A DNA stretch of 64,000 nt from Bacteroidales bacterium (GCA_017521245.1 JAFXDI010000051.1:24162-88161), one strand, 5' to 3'; positions 47,681 to 58,687 are shown, numbered from the stretch's first letter. Numbers and translations are program-made. The notes: a model not told the origin generated them from the sequence alone.

Positions 47681-49447
47681 ATGGATATTTTTAACTACCG
47701 CAGAAGGGTTAGTTCGGTAACAAACATTGGGGGTATTCCTTTGGGTGGAGATAACCCCATACGAATTCAATCGATGACCGACACCTCTACTCGCGATGTT
47801 GAGGCGAGTGTGAAACAGGTTCTGGAGATTGCCGATGCAGGTGCCGACTATGTTCGTTTAACCACTCAAGGTGTATTGGAGGTTGATGCTCTTGCCGTTA
47901 TACGTAAAACATTAAGAGCAAAAGGCAACACCACACCCCTTATTGCGGATATTCATTTTAACCCTAACGTGGCTGATGCCGCCGCTAAGATCACCGATAA
48001 GATAAGAATCAACCCCGGTAATTTTACCGATAGTGCAAGAGTGTTCAAAATTATTGAATATACCGATGAGAGTTACAGAGAGGAGATTAAGCGTCTTGAA
48101 GAGAGGTTTATTCAACTGCTTGATATTTGCAAAGAGCATAACACCGCTTTGAGGATTGGTGTTAATCATGGCTCGTTGTCGGATAGAATTATGAGCCGAT
48201 ATGGCGACACCCCAGAGGGTATTGCCGAGTCGTGCATGGAGTTCCTTCGTGTTTGTAAACGTGAAAACTTCAACAATGTGGCTCTCTCAATAAAAGCATC
48301 AAACACCGTTGTAATGGTAAAATCGGTAAGGTTGCTTATTGACGCCATGGAGCGTGAAGGTATGAACTACCCTCTTCATCTTGGGGTTACCGAGGCAGGC
48401 GATGGCGAGGATGGTCGTATTAAATCGGCTGTGGGTATTGGTGCTTTGCTTTGCGATGGCATTGGAGACACTATTAGAGTTTCACTCAGTGAGCCTCCAC
48501 AAAACGAAGTTCCTGTTGCATCGCAATTGGTAAACTACGTTCAGGAGCGAGAGGGGCACAAAGAGATTATTGCCACTCCTTACGAAGGGTACTCATACCT
48601 GAATATGGAACGCAGACCATCGTTTTCAGTTGCCAACGTAGGCGGAGATAATGCTCCTATTGTTATCTGCAACGGAGATTGTTCGCTTACCGGCACTCTT
48701 AAACCCGACTACATTTTAAAAGAGAGTTTATGTGTTGGAGAGAATATCTCAATCAAAGTTATTGGGGTTGAAGATATTGAGCATTACGAAAACTACTCTG
48801 AACCTCTTATTTTAAAACTACACTACCCACAACTAACCGATAGTGTTATTGCCTTTATTGCAAGTCATAAGAGTGTTATTGTAATGGCATACAGCAACCA
48901 CGCAAATATGGTGGGCGAGTTAAGAGCAACGGCTCACACTCTTACACGCAAAGGGTGCAATAACCCTGTTGTATTGATGTTGCAATATGCAGAGAACGAG
49001 AAAGAGGCTCTACAAATTAAGTGTGGTGCCGACTTGGGAGCTCTGCTTCTTGATGGAGTTGGGAATGGCGTGATGATTGTAAACAATGGTTGCATTGATA
49101 ACAACACTATAACTACCATTTCATTCTCGGCACTTCAAGCCGCAAGGTTAAGAACAACCAAAACCGAGTATATCTCATGTCCGGGTTGTGGCAGAACTCA
49201 ATTTGATTTACAAAAAACAGTTGCCCGTATTAAAGAGGCTACAGCTCATCTTGTGGGATTGAAGATTGGTATTATGGGCTGTATTGTTAATGGTCCCGGC
49301 GAGATGGCAGATGCCGACTATGGCTATGTTGGTGCAGCTCGTGGCAAGATAAGCCTATATAAGGGAAAAGTTTGTATTGAGAAGAACATCCCCGAAGATG
49401 AGGCTGTTGAACGCCTATTGAAGTTTATTGAGGAGGACCGTTCTTAG
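47681..49447 (+). CDS. ispG: 4-hydroxy-3-methylbut-2-en-1-yl diphosphate synthase (long form)
   Basis: The 588-aa protein has an N-terminal TIM-barrel part (..IRIQSMT..), a large insert, and a C-terminal 4Fe-4S part (CPGCGRT .. GCIVNGPGE). Confidence 0.93.
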   Translation: MDIFNYRRRVSSVTNIGGIPLGGDNPIRIQSMTDTSTRDVEASVKQVLEIADAGADYVRLTTQGVLEVDALAVIRKTLRAKGNTTPLIADIHFNPNVADAAAKITDKIRINPGNFTDSARVFKIIEYTDESYREEIKRLEERFIQLLDICKEHNTALRIGVNHGSLSDRIMSRYGDTPEGIAESCMEFLRVCKRENFNNVALSIKASNTVVMVKSVRLLIDAMEREGMNYPLHLGVTEAGDGEDGRIKSAVGIGALLCDGIGDTIRVSLSEPPQNEVPVASQLVNYVQEREGHKEIIATPYEGYSYLNMERRPSFSVANVGGDNAPIVICNGDCSLTGTLKPDYILKESLCVGENISIKVIGVEDIEHYENYSEPLILKLHYPQLTDSVIAFIASHKSVIVMAYSNHANMVGELRATAHTLTRKGCNNPVVLMLQYAENEKEALQIKCGADLGALLLDGVGNGVMIVNNGCIDNNTITTISFSALQAARLRTTKTEYISCPGCGRTQFDLQKTVARIKEATAHLVGLKIGIMGCIVNGPGEMADADYGYVGAARGKISLYKGKVCIEKNIPEDEAVERLLKFIEEDRS

Positions 49448-49550
49448 TTGTTAGTTAACAAGCATTTGCTTGTTGAACTTGCTCACGCGCAACAATGATT
49501 AAACATGTTTATCATTGTATTCGCTTACTAGCAACTTTGTTAGTTGTTAG
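49447..49550 (+). repeat. Structured intergenic repeat, family A, copy 3
   Basis: It starts on the last base of the ispG stop codon and aligns with copies 1 and 2. Hairpins are ttaacaagc/gcttgttgaa and acaatgattaaac/gtttatcattgt. Confidence 0.7.
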
Positions 49551-49574
49551 AAATAATTACTAATTTCATAAATT

Positions 49575-50417
49575 ATGAAATCCCTTATACTAATATCTCT
49601 ACTATTATTCTCACTCTCTTGCAGAAACGCAGTAGAGAGTGAGAATATTGTTTATTATACCGCAAAAGACTCTGTAAAGTGTGAGGAGATATTAACCCAC
49701 ACGTTTGACTCTAAGCCAGTAAGCACAACAGAAGTTGCAAAAATATTTTTGGCAACCCCTTATCAAGGGGGGACTTTGGATAGAGAGCAAACAGAGGGTA
49801 TTGTTGTGAGGTTTGACTCGCTCGACTGCACCACCTTTGTTGAGACGGTTACCACTCTTACTCGTTGCATAAACAAGGGAGTAACCGATTATAAGCAATT
49901 TGTAAAAGAGTTGGAGATAATTCGCTACCGCAATGGCAAGTGCAATGGTTATGAGAGCCGTTTGCACTACTTCAGCGAGTGGATATATAATAACCAAACA
50001 ATGGGTATTGTTGAGGAGATTTTACCTGACACCCTAATTGAAACAGAGCAACGCTCAATAAATTTTATGAGCCTTAATGCCGACAGGTACAAAGGCATCA
50101 CTTCGGACACTATCCTAAGCGAAATAAAGACCACTGAAGCGTTTTTATCTGCTCAGCCATTCTCTTATATACCCAAAGAGAAAGTTGCTCTACTGACAAA
50201 AGAGAGCGTTAAAGAGGGCGATATTATTGCTATCGTAACAGATATTAAAGGGTTGGATATATCGCACGTTGGTTTTGCCACATTTGTTGAGGGCAAAATT
50301 CATCTTCTACACGCCTCTTCAGCAAAAAAGGAGGTCATCACCGACCCTCTTCCTCTAAGTGAATACCTCGCAAAACAAAAACACCACGCAGGGGTTAAGG
50401 TTGTGAGGATACTTTAG
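49575..50417 (+). CDS. DUF1460-like lipoprotein (amidase-like domain of unknown function)
   Basis: The 280-aa protein has a signal sequence with Cys16 (..LFSLSC) and the motif LDCTTFVETV. The family call is from recollection. Confidence 0.5.
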   Translation: MKSLILISLLLFSLSCRNAVESENIVYYTAKDSVKCEEILTHTFDSKPVSTTEVAKIFLATPYQGGTLDREQTEGIVVRFDSLDCTTFVETVTTLTRCINKGVTDYKQFVKELEIIRYRNGKCNGYESRLHYFSEWIYNNQTMGIVEEILPDTLIETEQRSINFMSLNADRYKGITSDTILSEIKTTEAFLSAQPFSYIPKEKVALLTKESVKEGDIIAIVTDIKGLDISHVGFATFVEGKIHLLHASSAKKEVITDPLPLSEYLAKQKHHAGVKVVRIL

Positions 50418-50550
50418 TATCTCCACTACTTACAACAAAAGTTTGTAAATTTTATGGAGAGTATAGGACAAGGCATTATTTATACTCGTCACAATGGATA
50501 TGAAAGATGTAGTGTAATTTAGAACAACTCTTTTAATCATTATCTATTAA

Positions 50551-50587
50551 AAAGAAAAAGAGAACGATTAAATCGTTCTCTTTTCTC
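50551..50587. terminator. Hairpin terminator closing the alpha operon (rplQ), potentially bidirectional
   Basis: gagaacg pairs with cgttctc. A T-run follows on the plus strand and a T-rich run follows on the minus strand. It lies 25 nt from the rplQ stop. Confidence 0.7.
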
Positions 50588-50611
50588 TATATAGATTGTT
50601 TAGATTCTATA

Positions 50612-51097
50612 TTACTCTGCTGCTGGAGTTTCAGCAACTGGTGCCTCTGCAACTGGAGCCTCAGCAACTGGTGCTGCTGCTTTTTTTGAGCGACGTGTAC
50701 GAGTTGCTTTTTTAGCTGTTTTCTCTTTAAGCATATTCTCGTTGTAATCTACTAACTCAATAAAACAAGTTTTTGCTCCGTCTCCAAGACGTGTTCCTGT
50801 TTTGATGATACGAGTGTATCCTCCGTTACGCTCTGCAATTTTAGTTGCTATATCTCCGAAAAGCTCTTTTACTGCTTTTTTGTCTTGCAAATAGCTAAAT
50901 ACTACACGGCGAGATGCTGTTGTGTCTTCTTTTGCCTTGTTGATGATAGGCTCAGCATATACTCTTAATGCTTTTGCTTTTGCTAAAGTTGTGAATATAC
51001 GCTTGTGCATTATCAATGAACAAGTCATGTTTGACAACATGGCTGCTCTGTGTGAAGCTGTTCTGCTCAAGTGGTTGAATTTTTTATTATGTCTCAT
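50612..51097 (-). CDS. rplQ: 50S ribosomal protein L17 with an Ala/Pro/Glu repeat tail
   Basis: The N-terminus [17 protein letters not shown] is typical of L17. The gene follows rpoA. Confidence 0.95.
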   Translation of the reverse strand: MRHNKKFNHLSRTASHRAAMLSNMTCSLIMHKRIFTTLAKAKALRVYAEPIINKAKEDTTASRRVVFSYLQDKKAVKELFGDIATKIAERNGGYTRIIKTGTRLGDGAKTCFIELVDYNENMLKEKTAKKATRTRRSKKAAAPVAEAPVAEAPVAETPAAE

Positions 51098-51102
51098 CGT
51101 TG

Positions 51103-52092
51103 TTATTCTTTATCTAATTTATATTTAGAGATGTCCATTCCGAAAGATAGGTTCAATCCTGCCAAAAGGTCATCTAACTCGTTTAGTGATTTTTTACCGA
51201 AGTTTCGGAATTTCAATAGATCGTTTTTGTTGAATACTACCAACTCTGCTAATGTTTCAACATCGGCTGATTTCAAGCAGTTTAATGCACGAACTGAAAG
51301 ATCCATGTCAGTTAAACGGCTCTTCAACAATTGACGCATATGTAATACCTCTTCATCAAATTCTTCATTGCCATCACCGTCTGACGACTCTAATGTTATC
51401 TTCTCATCAGAGAACATCATAAAGTGATACATCAATATTTTTGCTGCCTCTTTTAAAGCATCTTTTGGGTGAATTGATCCATCGGTTGTTACCTCAATTG
51501 TCAACTTCTCGTAGTCAGTTTTTTGCTCTACACGATATGGATCGTAGTAGTATTTTACATTTACGATTGGTGTGTAAATTGAGTCTATTGCTATTACATC
51601 AACAGCATCTGTGGGTTGTGCGTTCTCCTCAGCGGGTACATATCCACGTCCTTTGTTAATGTTCAACTCAATGTTGAATTTTGCACTTGAATCAAGGTGA
51701 CATATTACCAACTCAGGGTTCAATACCTCAAAGCTTGATAGTGCTTTGCTTATATCTCCGGCTTTAAATTCAGATCCTGAACATGTTAGAGAAACTTTCT
51801 CTGTCTCTACATCTTCAACAATTCTTTTTAGACGTACTTTCTTTAAGTTCAAGATAATGTTTGATACGTCTTCTAATACTCCGGGTATGGTAGCAAACTC
51901 GTGATCAACTCCCTCAATACGTATTGAGGTAATTGCAAATCCCTCTAATGAAGAGAGGAGAATACGGCGTAACGCATTGCCTACTGTAACACCGTAGCCA
52001 GGCTCCAAAGGACGGAATTCGAATTTTCCAAAGAACTGTGTAGCCTCTACCATGACTACCTCTTCGGGTTTTTGAAATGCTAATATCGCCAT
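51103..52092 (-). CDS. rpoA: DNA-directed RNA polymerase subunit alpha
   Basis: The protein is 329 aa and occupies the conserved position between rpsD and rplQ. A C-terminal domain helix-hairpin-helix region is present. Confidence 0.96.
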   Translation of the reverse strand: MAILAFQKPEEVVMVEATQFFGKFEFRPLEPGYGVTVGNALRRILLSSLEGFAITSIRIEGVDHEFATIPGVLEDVSNIILNLKKVRLKRIVEDVETEKVSLTCSGSEFKAGDISKALSSFEVLNPELVICHLDSSAKFNIELNINKGRGYVPAEENAQPTDAVDVIAIDSIYTPIVNVKYYYDPYRVEQKTDYEKLTIEVTTDGSIHPKDALKEAAKILMYHFMMFSDEKITLESSDGDGNEEFDEEVLHMRQLLKSRLTDMDLSVRALNCLKSADVETLAELVVFNKNDLLKFRNFGKKSLNELDDLLAGLNLSFGMDISKYKLDKE

Positions 52093-52100
52093 AATTCTTA

Positions 52101-52709
52101 TTATTGTTTAGAGTACAACTCAACGATTAATTGCTCTTTGATATTCTCAGGAATATCTGCTCTTTCTGGAATGTGTAGATATTTTCCGCTTTTTGTTGCT
52201 TCATCCCACTCAATCCAAGGATATTTGCTGTGATTGAATCCTGCAAGTGAGTCTGTGATATTCTCCAATGATTTTGATTTCTCACGTACTCCTACTACTT
52301 GACCGGGTTTCAATTGGTATGAAGGAATGTTTACTACTTTTCCATCAACAACAATGTGACGGTGTGATACTAATTGACGAGCAGCTGCACGTGTTGGTGC
52401 TATACCTAAGCGATATACTACGTTGTCAAGACGTGACTCCAATAGTTGTAGTAATACCTCACCTGTAATACCTTTTGTGCGTGATGCTTTCTCAAATAGT
52501 ATGCGGAACTGACGCTCTAATACTCCGTAAGTGTATTTTGCTTTTTGCTTCTCTGCAAGTTGTGTTCCGTACTCAGATGTTTTTCTTCTTTTGTTTTGTC
52601 CGTGTTGTCCAGGAGGATAGTTCTTCTTTGACAACACTTTATCTGCTCCAAAAATTGCCTCTCCGAATTTACGTGCAATTCTTGATTTAGGTCCTGTATA
52701 TCTTGCCAT
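52101..52709 (-). CDS. rpsD: 30S ribosomal protein S4
   Basis: The 202-aa protein starts [17 protein letters not shown]. Confidence 0.97.
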   Translation of the reverse strand: MARYTGPKSRIARKFGEAIFGADKVLSKKNYPPGQHGQNKRRKTSEYGTQLAEKQKAKYTYGVLERQFRILFEKASRTKGITGEVLLQLLESRLDNVVYRLGIAPTRAAARQLVSHRHIVVDGKVVNIPSYQLKPGQVVGVREKSKSLENITDSLAGFNHSKYPWIEWDEATKSGKYLHIPERADIPENIKEQLIVELYSKQ

Positions 52710-52845
52710 TTTTAACTTGTTTAATTTTTGTTTTCTTGATCTTGTCCATTAAGATGCAGCCGCGATTGCGAGAGGATTATAAAAGGCAATCTTTATTTCA
52801 TCTTGTGATGGTGGCTCAAAAAAACTGTTAATGTTAATAATACTC

Positions 52846-53235
52846 TTATACTCTTCTTCTTTTTGGAGGACGACATCCATTGTGTGGCAATGGAGTAACG
52901 TCTATAATCTCTATTACGTCAATGCCTAATTGTGCAATTGTACGGATTGCTGATTCACGACCATTACCCGGGCCTTTAACGTATGCTTTTACTTTACGTA
53001 GACCTAAATCAAATGCAACTTTTCCGCAGTCTTGTGCTGCCATTTGTGCTGCATAAGGAGTATTTTTCTTTGATCCTCTAAATCCCATTTTACCTGCTGA
53101 AGACCAAGAGATAACTTGTCCGTCTTCGTTGGCGATTGAGACGATGATGTTGTTAAATGAAGAGTGGATGTGAGCTTGTCCCACAACGCCTACATGTACT
53201 TTTCTCTTCTTTACTGCGACTGTTTTTTTTGCCAT
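52846..53235 (-). CDS. rpsK: 30S ribosomal protein S11
   Basis: The 129-aa protein contains ..[14 protein letters not shown].. and ends [13 protein letters not shown]. Confidence 0.97.
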   Translation of the reverse strand: MAKKTVAVKKRKVHVGVVGQAHIHSSFNNIIVSIANEDGQVISWSSAGKMGFRGSKKNTPYAAQMAAQDCGKVAFDLGLRKVKAYVKGPGNGRESAIRTIAQLGIDVIEIIDVTPLPHNGCRPPKRRRV

Positions 53236-53244
53236 ACTTACTTA

Positions 53245-53625
53245 TTATTTAGTAGCTTTTTTCTTATTTGCAACGGTTTTCTTTTTACCCTTACGTGTGC
53301 GGGCATTGTTTTTTGTACTTTGTCCACGAACGGGAAGTCCATTACGGTGACGTACACCACGATAACAACCAATATCCATTAATCGTTTGATGTTGAGTTG
53401 TACTTCTGTACGAAGATCTCCCTCTACTTTGTACTCTGCTCCGATGATCTCACGAACTTTTGCTGCTTGGTCGTCTGTCCAATCTTTTACTTTAATGTTT
53501 TTGTCAATTCCAGCTTTCTCTAAGATGGTTTTTGACGCACTTCGACCGATACCGAATATGTAGGTCAAAGCGATTTCACCTCTTTTATTTTGCGGTAGGT
53601 CAACACCGACAATTCTTACTGCCAT
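53245..53625 (-). CDS. rpsM: 30S ribosomal protein S13
   Basis: The 126-aa protein starts [11 protein letters not shown]. Confidence 0.97.
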   Translation of the reverse strand: MAVRIVGVDLPQNKRGEIALTYIFGIGRSASKTILEKAGIDKNIKVKDWTDDQAAKVREIIGAEYKVEGDLRTEVQLNIKRLMDIGCYRGVRHRNGLPVRGQSTKNNARTRKGKKKTVANKKKATK

Positions 53626-53664
53626 ATATTAATTACTGATAAATATTTTGCAAAGATAATAAAA

Positions 53665-53781
53665 TTATCCTTGACGTTGTTTATACTTTGGATTTTTCTT
53701 GTTAATTACATACAACTTTCCGTTGCGTCTAACTATTTTACACTCCGGTGTGCGCTTTTTTAATGATGCTCTTACTTTCAT
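53665..53781 (-). CDS. rpmJ: 50S ribosomal protein L36 (38 aa; below the ORF-track size cutoff)
   Basis: My own translation gives [38 protein letters not shown]. It lies between infA and rpsM. Confidence 0.93.
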   Translation of the reverse strand: MKVRASLKKRTPECKIVRRNGKLYVINKKNPKYKQRQG

Positions 53782-53796
53782 TTTTATTTAGTTTTT

Positions 53797-54015
53797 TTAT
53801 TTATATCTAAACGCTATACGTCCTTTTGACAAGTCATAAGGTGACATTTCTACTCTTACTTTGTCGCCAGGTAGTATTCTTATATAATGCATGCGCATCT
53901 TGCCTGAGATATGGGCTGTTATTTCGTGTCCATTCTCTAACTCAACCCTGAACATAGCATTAGACAGTGCCTCTACTATTGTTCCGTCTTGTTCTATCGC
54001 TGCTTGTTTTGCCAT
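53797..54015 (-). CDS. infA: Translation initiation factor IF-1
   Basis: The 72-aa protein reads [17 protein letters not shown].. ..RIAFRYK. Confidence 0.96.
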   Translation of the reverse strand: MAKQAAIEQDGTIVEALSNAMFRVELENGHEITAHISGKMRMHYIRILPGDKVRVEMSPYDLSKGRIAFRYK

Positions 54016-54030
54016 AAGTTATCTTATTTT

Positions 54031-54813
54031 TTAAATGTATTTATCTCCTAAAACTTCTTCTACGTATTTGAATGTTGATAGTATGTCGGCCTTTCCTTCG
54101 CGTACGGCTACACATAATTCATAGTGTGCTGCCGGTTTGCGATCTTTTGTGCGTGCTGTCCAACCATCGCGTTCTATTACTATATTACGTGAACCCATAT
54201 TTACCATAGGCTCTATGGCTAATACCATACCACTTCGTAATACCGGTCCGCATCCTCGGCGTCCGTAATTGGGAACTTCGGGTGCTTCGTGCATTTGGCG
54301 TCCTATTCCGTGTCCACACATCTCTCTGACAAGTGAGTATCCTCTCTTCTCGCAATAGGTTTGAATGGCATTGCTTATATCGCCTACGCGATTGCCTTCT
54401 ACTGCTTTTTCGATTCCTACGTATAACGACTCTTTGGTTGTTTTCAATAGTCGTTTTACTTCGTAACTCACTTCTCCTACCGGGAAGGTGTATGTCGAGT
54501 CGGAATGAAATCCGTTCTTCAATACGCAAAAGTCTATCGATACTATGTCTCCCTCTTGCAACTCTTTGCTTGATGGTATTCCGTGTACAACTTGTTCGTT
54601 TACGGATGCACATATCGAGTTTGGATAACCGCTATATCCTAAACAACTTGGTACTCCTCCGTTGTCGCGAATATACTGTTCGGCTATTGAGTCGAGTTTT
54701 AGGGTAGTAACTCCCGGTGCCACCCATTTGGCTATCTCGCCCATGGTTTTTGCCAACAACAGGTTACTTTCCCTGATTAACTCTATCTCTTCGTCTGTTT
54801 TAAGATAAATCAT
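54031..54813 (-). CDS. map: Type I methionine aminopeptidase
   Basis: The protein is 260 aa and sits in the position between secY and infA. Metal-ligand context residues are conserved (..HGIP.., ..CGHGIG..). Confidence 0.95.
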   Translation of the reverse strand: MIYLKTDEEIELIRESNLLLAKTMGEIAKWVAPGVTTLKLDSIAEQYIRDNGGVPSCLGYSGYPNSICASVNEQVVHGIPSSKELQEGDIVSIDFCVLKNGFHSDSTYTFPVGEVSYEVKRLLKTTKESLYVGIEKAVEGNRVGDISNAIQTYCEKRGYSLVREMCGHGIGRQMHEAPEVPNYGRRGCGPVLRSGMVLAIEPMVNMGSRNIVIERDGWTARTKDRKPAAHYELCVAVREGKADILSTFKYVEEVLGDKYI

Positions 54814-54829
54814 TTTTATCTACTTTAGA

Positions 54830-56161
54830 CTAATATGCTGAAACAGAACCTTGACGGCCTTTTATTCTGCCTGATTTCAACAATCCATCGTAGTGGTGCA
54901 TCATTAAGTGACTCTCTACTTGTTGTAGTGTGTCAAGGATTACTCCTACAAGAATCAATAGTGATGTTCCTCCGAAGAATTGTGCAAACTCTGCACTGAT
55001 TCCTGCTATTTGTGCGAATGCTGGCATAATTGCCACCAATGCCAAAAAGATTGAACCTGGTAGTGTGATTCGTGACATTATTGAATCGATGTACTCTGCT
55101 GTTTTCTTTCCGGGTTTGATTCCGGGAATGAATCCATTGTTGCGTTTCATATCCTCTGCCATTTGATTGGGTTGGATAGTGATTGCTGTATAGAAGTATG
55201 TGAATACAATGATCAATATTGCATATACAAAGTTATACCAGAATCCTGTGTTATCAGTGAATGCTTGTACAAATGCACTTGATGATGTTGTTGAGAATCC
55301 TACTATTGTAATAGGTATGAACATCAACGCTTGTGCAAAGATGATTGGCATTACTCCTGCACTGTTTACTTTTAAGGGGATGTATTGTCTTGCACCTCCG
55401 TATTGTTTGTTGCCTACTATTCTTTTTGCATATTGTACGGGTACTTTGCGTGTTCCTTGTACTAATAGAATAGATGCTGCTACTACAAACAATAGGAATA
55501 CGATCTCTGCCAAGAACATTACTAATCCTCCTGTTGCTGTTGTTGCACGGTTAATGAACTCAAATCCTAATGCTTGTGGTAGGCGTGCTATGATACCTAT
55601 CAAGATTATGAATGAGATTCCGTTTCCTATACCTTTATCTGTTATACGCTCTCCTAACCATAATACAAACATACTTCCTGCTGCAAGGATGATTGTTGAT
55701 GTTACCATAAACATTACTCCTTCGGGGAATGCTGCTGCACCGATTTGGGTTTTAAGGTTCACCAAATATGAGGGTGCTTGTATTAATAGGATTGCTACTG
55801 TTAGATAGCGAGTATATTGATTCAACTTGCGACGTCCGCTTTCGCCTTCGCGTTGCAATTTTTGGAAGTATGGCAATGCCATTCCCAAAAGTTGGATCAC
55901 GATAGATGCTGAGATATAGGGCATAATTCCTAATGCAAATATTGATGCATTTGAGAATGCTCCTCCTGAGAACATATCTAACAACGCCATCAAACCACCT
56001 CGTGTTTGCTCTTGTAGGTTTGCGAGTGTTTCAACATCAATACCTGGTAGTACCACGTATGATCCTACGCGGTACACCATTATTAGCAATAGGGTAGTGA
56101 TGATTCTATATCTTAGATCCTCTATCTTCCAAATATTTTTAATTGTCTCTATCGCTCTCAT
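54830..56161 (-). CDS. secY: Preprotein translocase subunit SecY
   Basis: The 443-aa protein has 10 TM helices and sits at the end of the spc operon. Confidence 0.96.
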   Translation of the reverse strand: MRAIETIKNIWKIEDLRYRIITTLLLIMVYRVGSYVVLPGIDVETLANLQEQTRGGLMALLDMFSGGAFSNASIFALGIMPYISASIVIQLLGMALPYFQKLQREGESGRRKLNQYTRYLTVAILLIQAPSYLVNLKTQIGAAAFPEGVMFMVTSTIILAAGSMFVLWLGERITDKGIGNGISFIILIGIIARLPQALGFEFINRATTATGGLVMFLAEIVFLLFVVAASILLVQGTRKVPVQYAKRIVGNKQYGGARQYIPLKVNSAGVMPIIFAQALMFIPITIVGFSTTSSSAFVQAFTDNTGFWYNFVYAILIIVFTYFYTAITIQPNQMAEDMKRNNGFIPGIKPGKKTAEYIDSIMSRITLPGSIFLALVAIMPAFAQIAGISAEFAQFFGGTSLLILVGVILDTLQQVESHLMMHHYDGLLKSGRIKGRQGSVSAY

Positions 56162-56166
56162 ATTGA

Positions 56167-56613
56167 TTAGAGTTTAACGATTGTGCCTCCAACTGCAGTG
56201 ATTGCTGCTTCTGCTGATTTTGAGAATGCGTTTGCTGTTACTTCAAGTTTAGCAGTGATTGTTCCGCCACCTAAGATTTTAACCATTTGGTTTTTGGCAA
56301 CGAATCCAGCCTCGATTAGAGTGTTTACATCAATTTTCTCCAATCCTTTAGCCTCAGCTAATGTTTGGATTGTAGATAGATTGATTGCTTTGTACTCTAC
56401 GTGGTTAGGATTTTTAAATCCAAATTTAGGCAAACGACGTTGAAGTGGCATTTGACCTCCCTCAAATCCTAATTTTCTGCTGTATCCAGAGCGTTGTTTT
56501 GCTCCTTTGTGTCCTCTTGTTGAAGTTCCACCCATTCCTGAACCGGGTCCGCGACCAATTCTTTTACGGCTTTTTGTAGAACCTGCAGCAGGTTTTAAAT
56601 TACTTAAATTCAT
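56167..56613 (-). CDS. rplO: 50S ribosomal protein L15
   Basis: The 148-aa protein starts MNLSNLKPAAGS and has a Gly-rich N-terminus. Confidence 0.96.
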   Translation of the reverse strand: MNLSNLKPAAGSTKSRKRIGRGPGSGMGGTSTRGHKGAKQRSGYSRKLGFEGGQMPLQRRLPKFGFKNPNHVEYKAINLSTIQTLAEAKGLEKIDVNTLIEAGFVAKNQMVKILGGGTITAKLEVTANAFSKSAEAAITAVGGTIVKL

Positions 56614-56644
56614 ATCTTAAATTTTTTCTTGTTCAAAAAACAAA

Positions 56645-56818
56645 TTATTCAACTACTACCAAGTGTTTTACTTTCTCTACCATTCCTAAGATTTGAGGAG
56701 TGGCTGTATGCTCAACTGTTTGGTTTAGTTTACGCAATCCTAAAGCTTCAAGGGTTTTCTTTTGGACAGCGGGACATTTGATTTTACTTTTTACTTGTGT
56801 GATTTTAATTGTCTTCAT
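56645..56818 (-). CDS. rpmD: 50S ribosomal protein L30 (57 aa; below the ORF-track size cutoff)
   Basis: My own translation gives MKTIKITQVKSKIKCPAVQKKTLEALGLRKLNQTVEHTATPQILGMVEKVKHLVVVE. It lies between rpsE and rplO. Confidence 0.92.
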   Translation of the reverse strand: MKTIKITQVKSKIKCPAVQKKTLEALGLRKLNQTVEHTATPQILGMVEKVKHLVVVE

Positions 56819-56833
56819 CGCTTTGTTCCTTTA

Positions 56834-57352
56834 TTAACCTTTAAATACTTTTTCTACTGATACTCCACGGTTACGTGCTACCATTGCTGCGTCACGCAAC
56901 TCTGCTAATGCTGCAAATGTAGCTTTTACCAAGTTGTGAGGGTTTGAAGAACCTTTTGATTTTGCCAATACGTCAGTTACTCCAACGCTCTCTAATACCG
57001 CACGCATCGCACCTCCTGCTTTAACTCCGGTACCGTGTGATGCTGGTTTGATTAGTACTTGCGCTCCTCCGAATTTTGCAAATTGCTCGTGAGGAATAGT
57101 TCCTTTATATACTGGTACTTTGATAAGGTTTTTCTTTGCAGACTCTACGCCTTTTGCAATAGCAGCTGTAACCTCGCTGGCTTTTCCTAATCCGTAACCA
57201 ACGATTCCTTTGCCGTCACCTACTACTACGATGGCTGAAAAGCTGAATGTACGACCTCCTTTTGTAACTTTTGTTACACGATTGATGTGTACCAATCTGT
57301 CTTTTAATTCCAAGTCGTTAGTTGACTTTACTCTGTTATATTTTACTGCCAT
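56834..57352 (-). CDS. rpsE: 30S ribosomal protein S5
   Basis: The protein is 172 aa and contains ..[12 protein letters not shown]... Confidence 0.97.
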   Translation of the reverse strand: MAVKYNRVKSTNDLELKDRLVHINRVTKVTKGGRTFSFSAIVVVGDGKGIVGYGLGKASEVTAAIAKGVESAKKNLIKVPVYKGTIPHEQFAKFGGAQVLIKPASHGTGVKAGGAMRAVLESVGVTDVLAKSKGSSNPHNLVKATFAALAELRDAAMVARNRGVSVEKVFKG

Positions 57353-57358
57353 TGTCGT

Positions 57359-57697
57359 TTAAAATTTAAGTCCACCCTTACGAGCTGCTTCTGCAAGCTC
57401 TTTTACTCGGCCATGATAGAGGTAACCGTTACGGTCGAATACTACTGTTGTAATTCCTGCCTCTTGTGCCTTTTTTGCTATTAACTCTCCTACTTGTGCT
57501 GCTGCAGCTTTGTTATCTCCGTCTGCTAATCCTTTTGATGATGCACTTGCTAATGTTTTACCAGCTAAGTCATCGATGATTTGAACGTAGATTTGTTTGT
57601 TGCTACGGAACACTGTCATACGAGGTGTTTCTGCTGTTCCTGAAATTTTACCACGTATGCGGGTTTTGATCTTTATTCTTCTTTCTATCTTATTCAT
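57359..57697 (-). CDS. rplR: 50S ribosomal protein L18
   Basis: The protein is 112 aa and sits between rplF and rpsE. Confidence 0.96.
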   Translation of the reverse strand: MNKIERRIKIKTRIRGKISGTAETPRMTVFRSNKQIYVQIIDDLAGKTLASASSKGLADGDNKAAAAQVGELIAKKAQEAGITTVVFDRNGYLYHGRVKELAEAARKGGLKF

Positions 57698-57719
57698 GAT
57701 GTTTACCTTTTAACGTGAA

Positions 57720-58274
57720 TTATTTGGCACCAGCCGATTTACCTGATTTTCTACGAATATACTCGCCAACAAACTTGATACCTTTTCCTTTGTAAGGCTC
57801 TGGTTTACGGAATGTGCGGATTTTAGCACAAATCAGACCGAGTAACTCTTTGTCGCATGACTCTAACAGAATAAGTGGGTTTTTATTTCTCTCACTTTTT
57901 GTTTCGAGTTTTACCTCTTTGGGTAATTTTACATATATATCGTGTGAGAAACCGAGTGATAATTTTAGTACTTGACCATTATTCTCTGCACGGTATCCTA
58001 CACCTACTAGTTCCAACTCTTTTTTATATCCTACCGATACACCTGTTACCATGTTGTTGATAAGGGCACGATATAATCCATGCAATGAACGTGATGCTTT
58101 TGTATCATCTGGACGTGTTACTGTTAATTGTCCGTCCTCTACGTTTACTGCTATTCCTCCAGTTATGGTTTGAACCATTTCCCCTTTTGGTCCTTTTACC
58201 GATACTTCGTTATCTTTAACTGTTACTGTTACGCCTGCGGGGATAGCGATAGGCAATTTTCCAATTCTTGACAT
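57720..58274 (-). CDS. rplF: 50S ribosomal protein L6
   Basis: The 184-aa protein starts MSRIGKLPIAIPAGV. Confidence 0.97.
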   Translation of the reverse strand: MSRIGKLPIAIPAGVTVTVKDNEVSVKGPKGEMVQTITGGIAVNVEDGQLTVTRPDDTKASRSLHGLYRALINNMVTGVSVGYKKELELVGVGYRAENNGQVLKLSLGFSHDIYVKLPKEVKLETKSERNKNPLILLESCDKELLGLICAKIRTFRKPEPYKGKGIKFVGEYIRRKSGKSAGAK

Positions 58275-58291
58275 AATTTACCTCCTCTTTT

Positions 58292-58687
58292 TTAATATAC
58301 GTAACACAACACTTCTCCGCCAACATTTAAGTTACGTGCCTCTTTATCGGTCATAACTCCTTTTGAAGTTGAAATAATTGCTATTCCTAAACCGTTAAGA
58401 ACGCGTGGTAACTCTTTGTGTCCAGCGTATTTACGCAAACCGGGTGAAGATACTCTCTCCAACTTTTTGATTGCATTTACTTTATTCACGGGATCGTATT
58501 TCAAGGCAATTTTGATTGTTCCTTGAGGACCCTCTTCTACAAACTTATAGTTAAGTATGTAACCTTTGTCAAAAAGGATTTTTGTGATCTCTTTTTTAAG
58601 GTTTGATGCAGGCACTTCAACTACGTTGTGTTGTGCTTTGATTGCATTTCTTAACCTTGTAAGATAATCTGCTATTGGATCTGTCAT
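58292..58687 (-). CDS. rpsH: 30S ribosomal protein S8
   Basis: The 131-aa protein starts [15 protein letters not shown]. Confidence 0.97.
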   Translation of the reverse strand: MTDPIADYLTRLRNAIKAQHNVVEVPASNLKKEITKILFDKGYILNYKFVEEGPQGTIKIALKYDPVNKVNAIKKLERVSSPGLRKYAGHKELPRVLNGLGIAIISTSKGVMTDKEARNLNVGGEVLCYVY

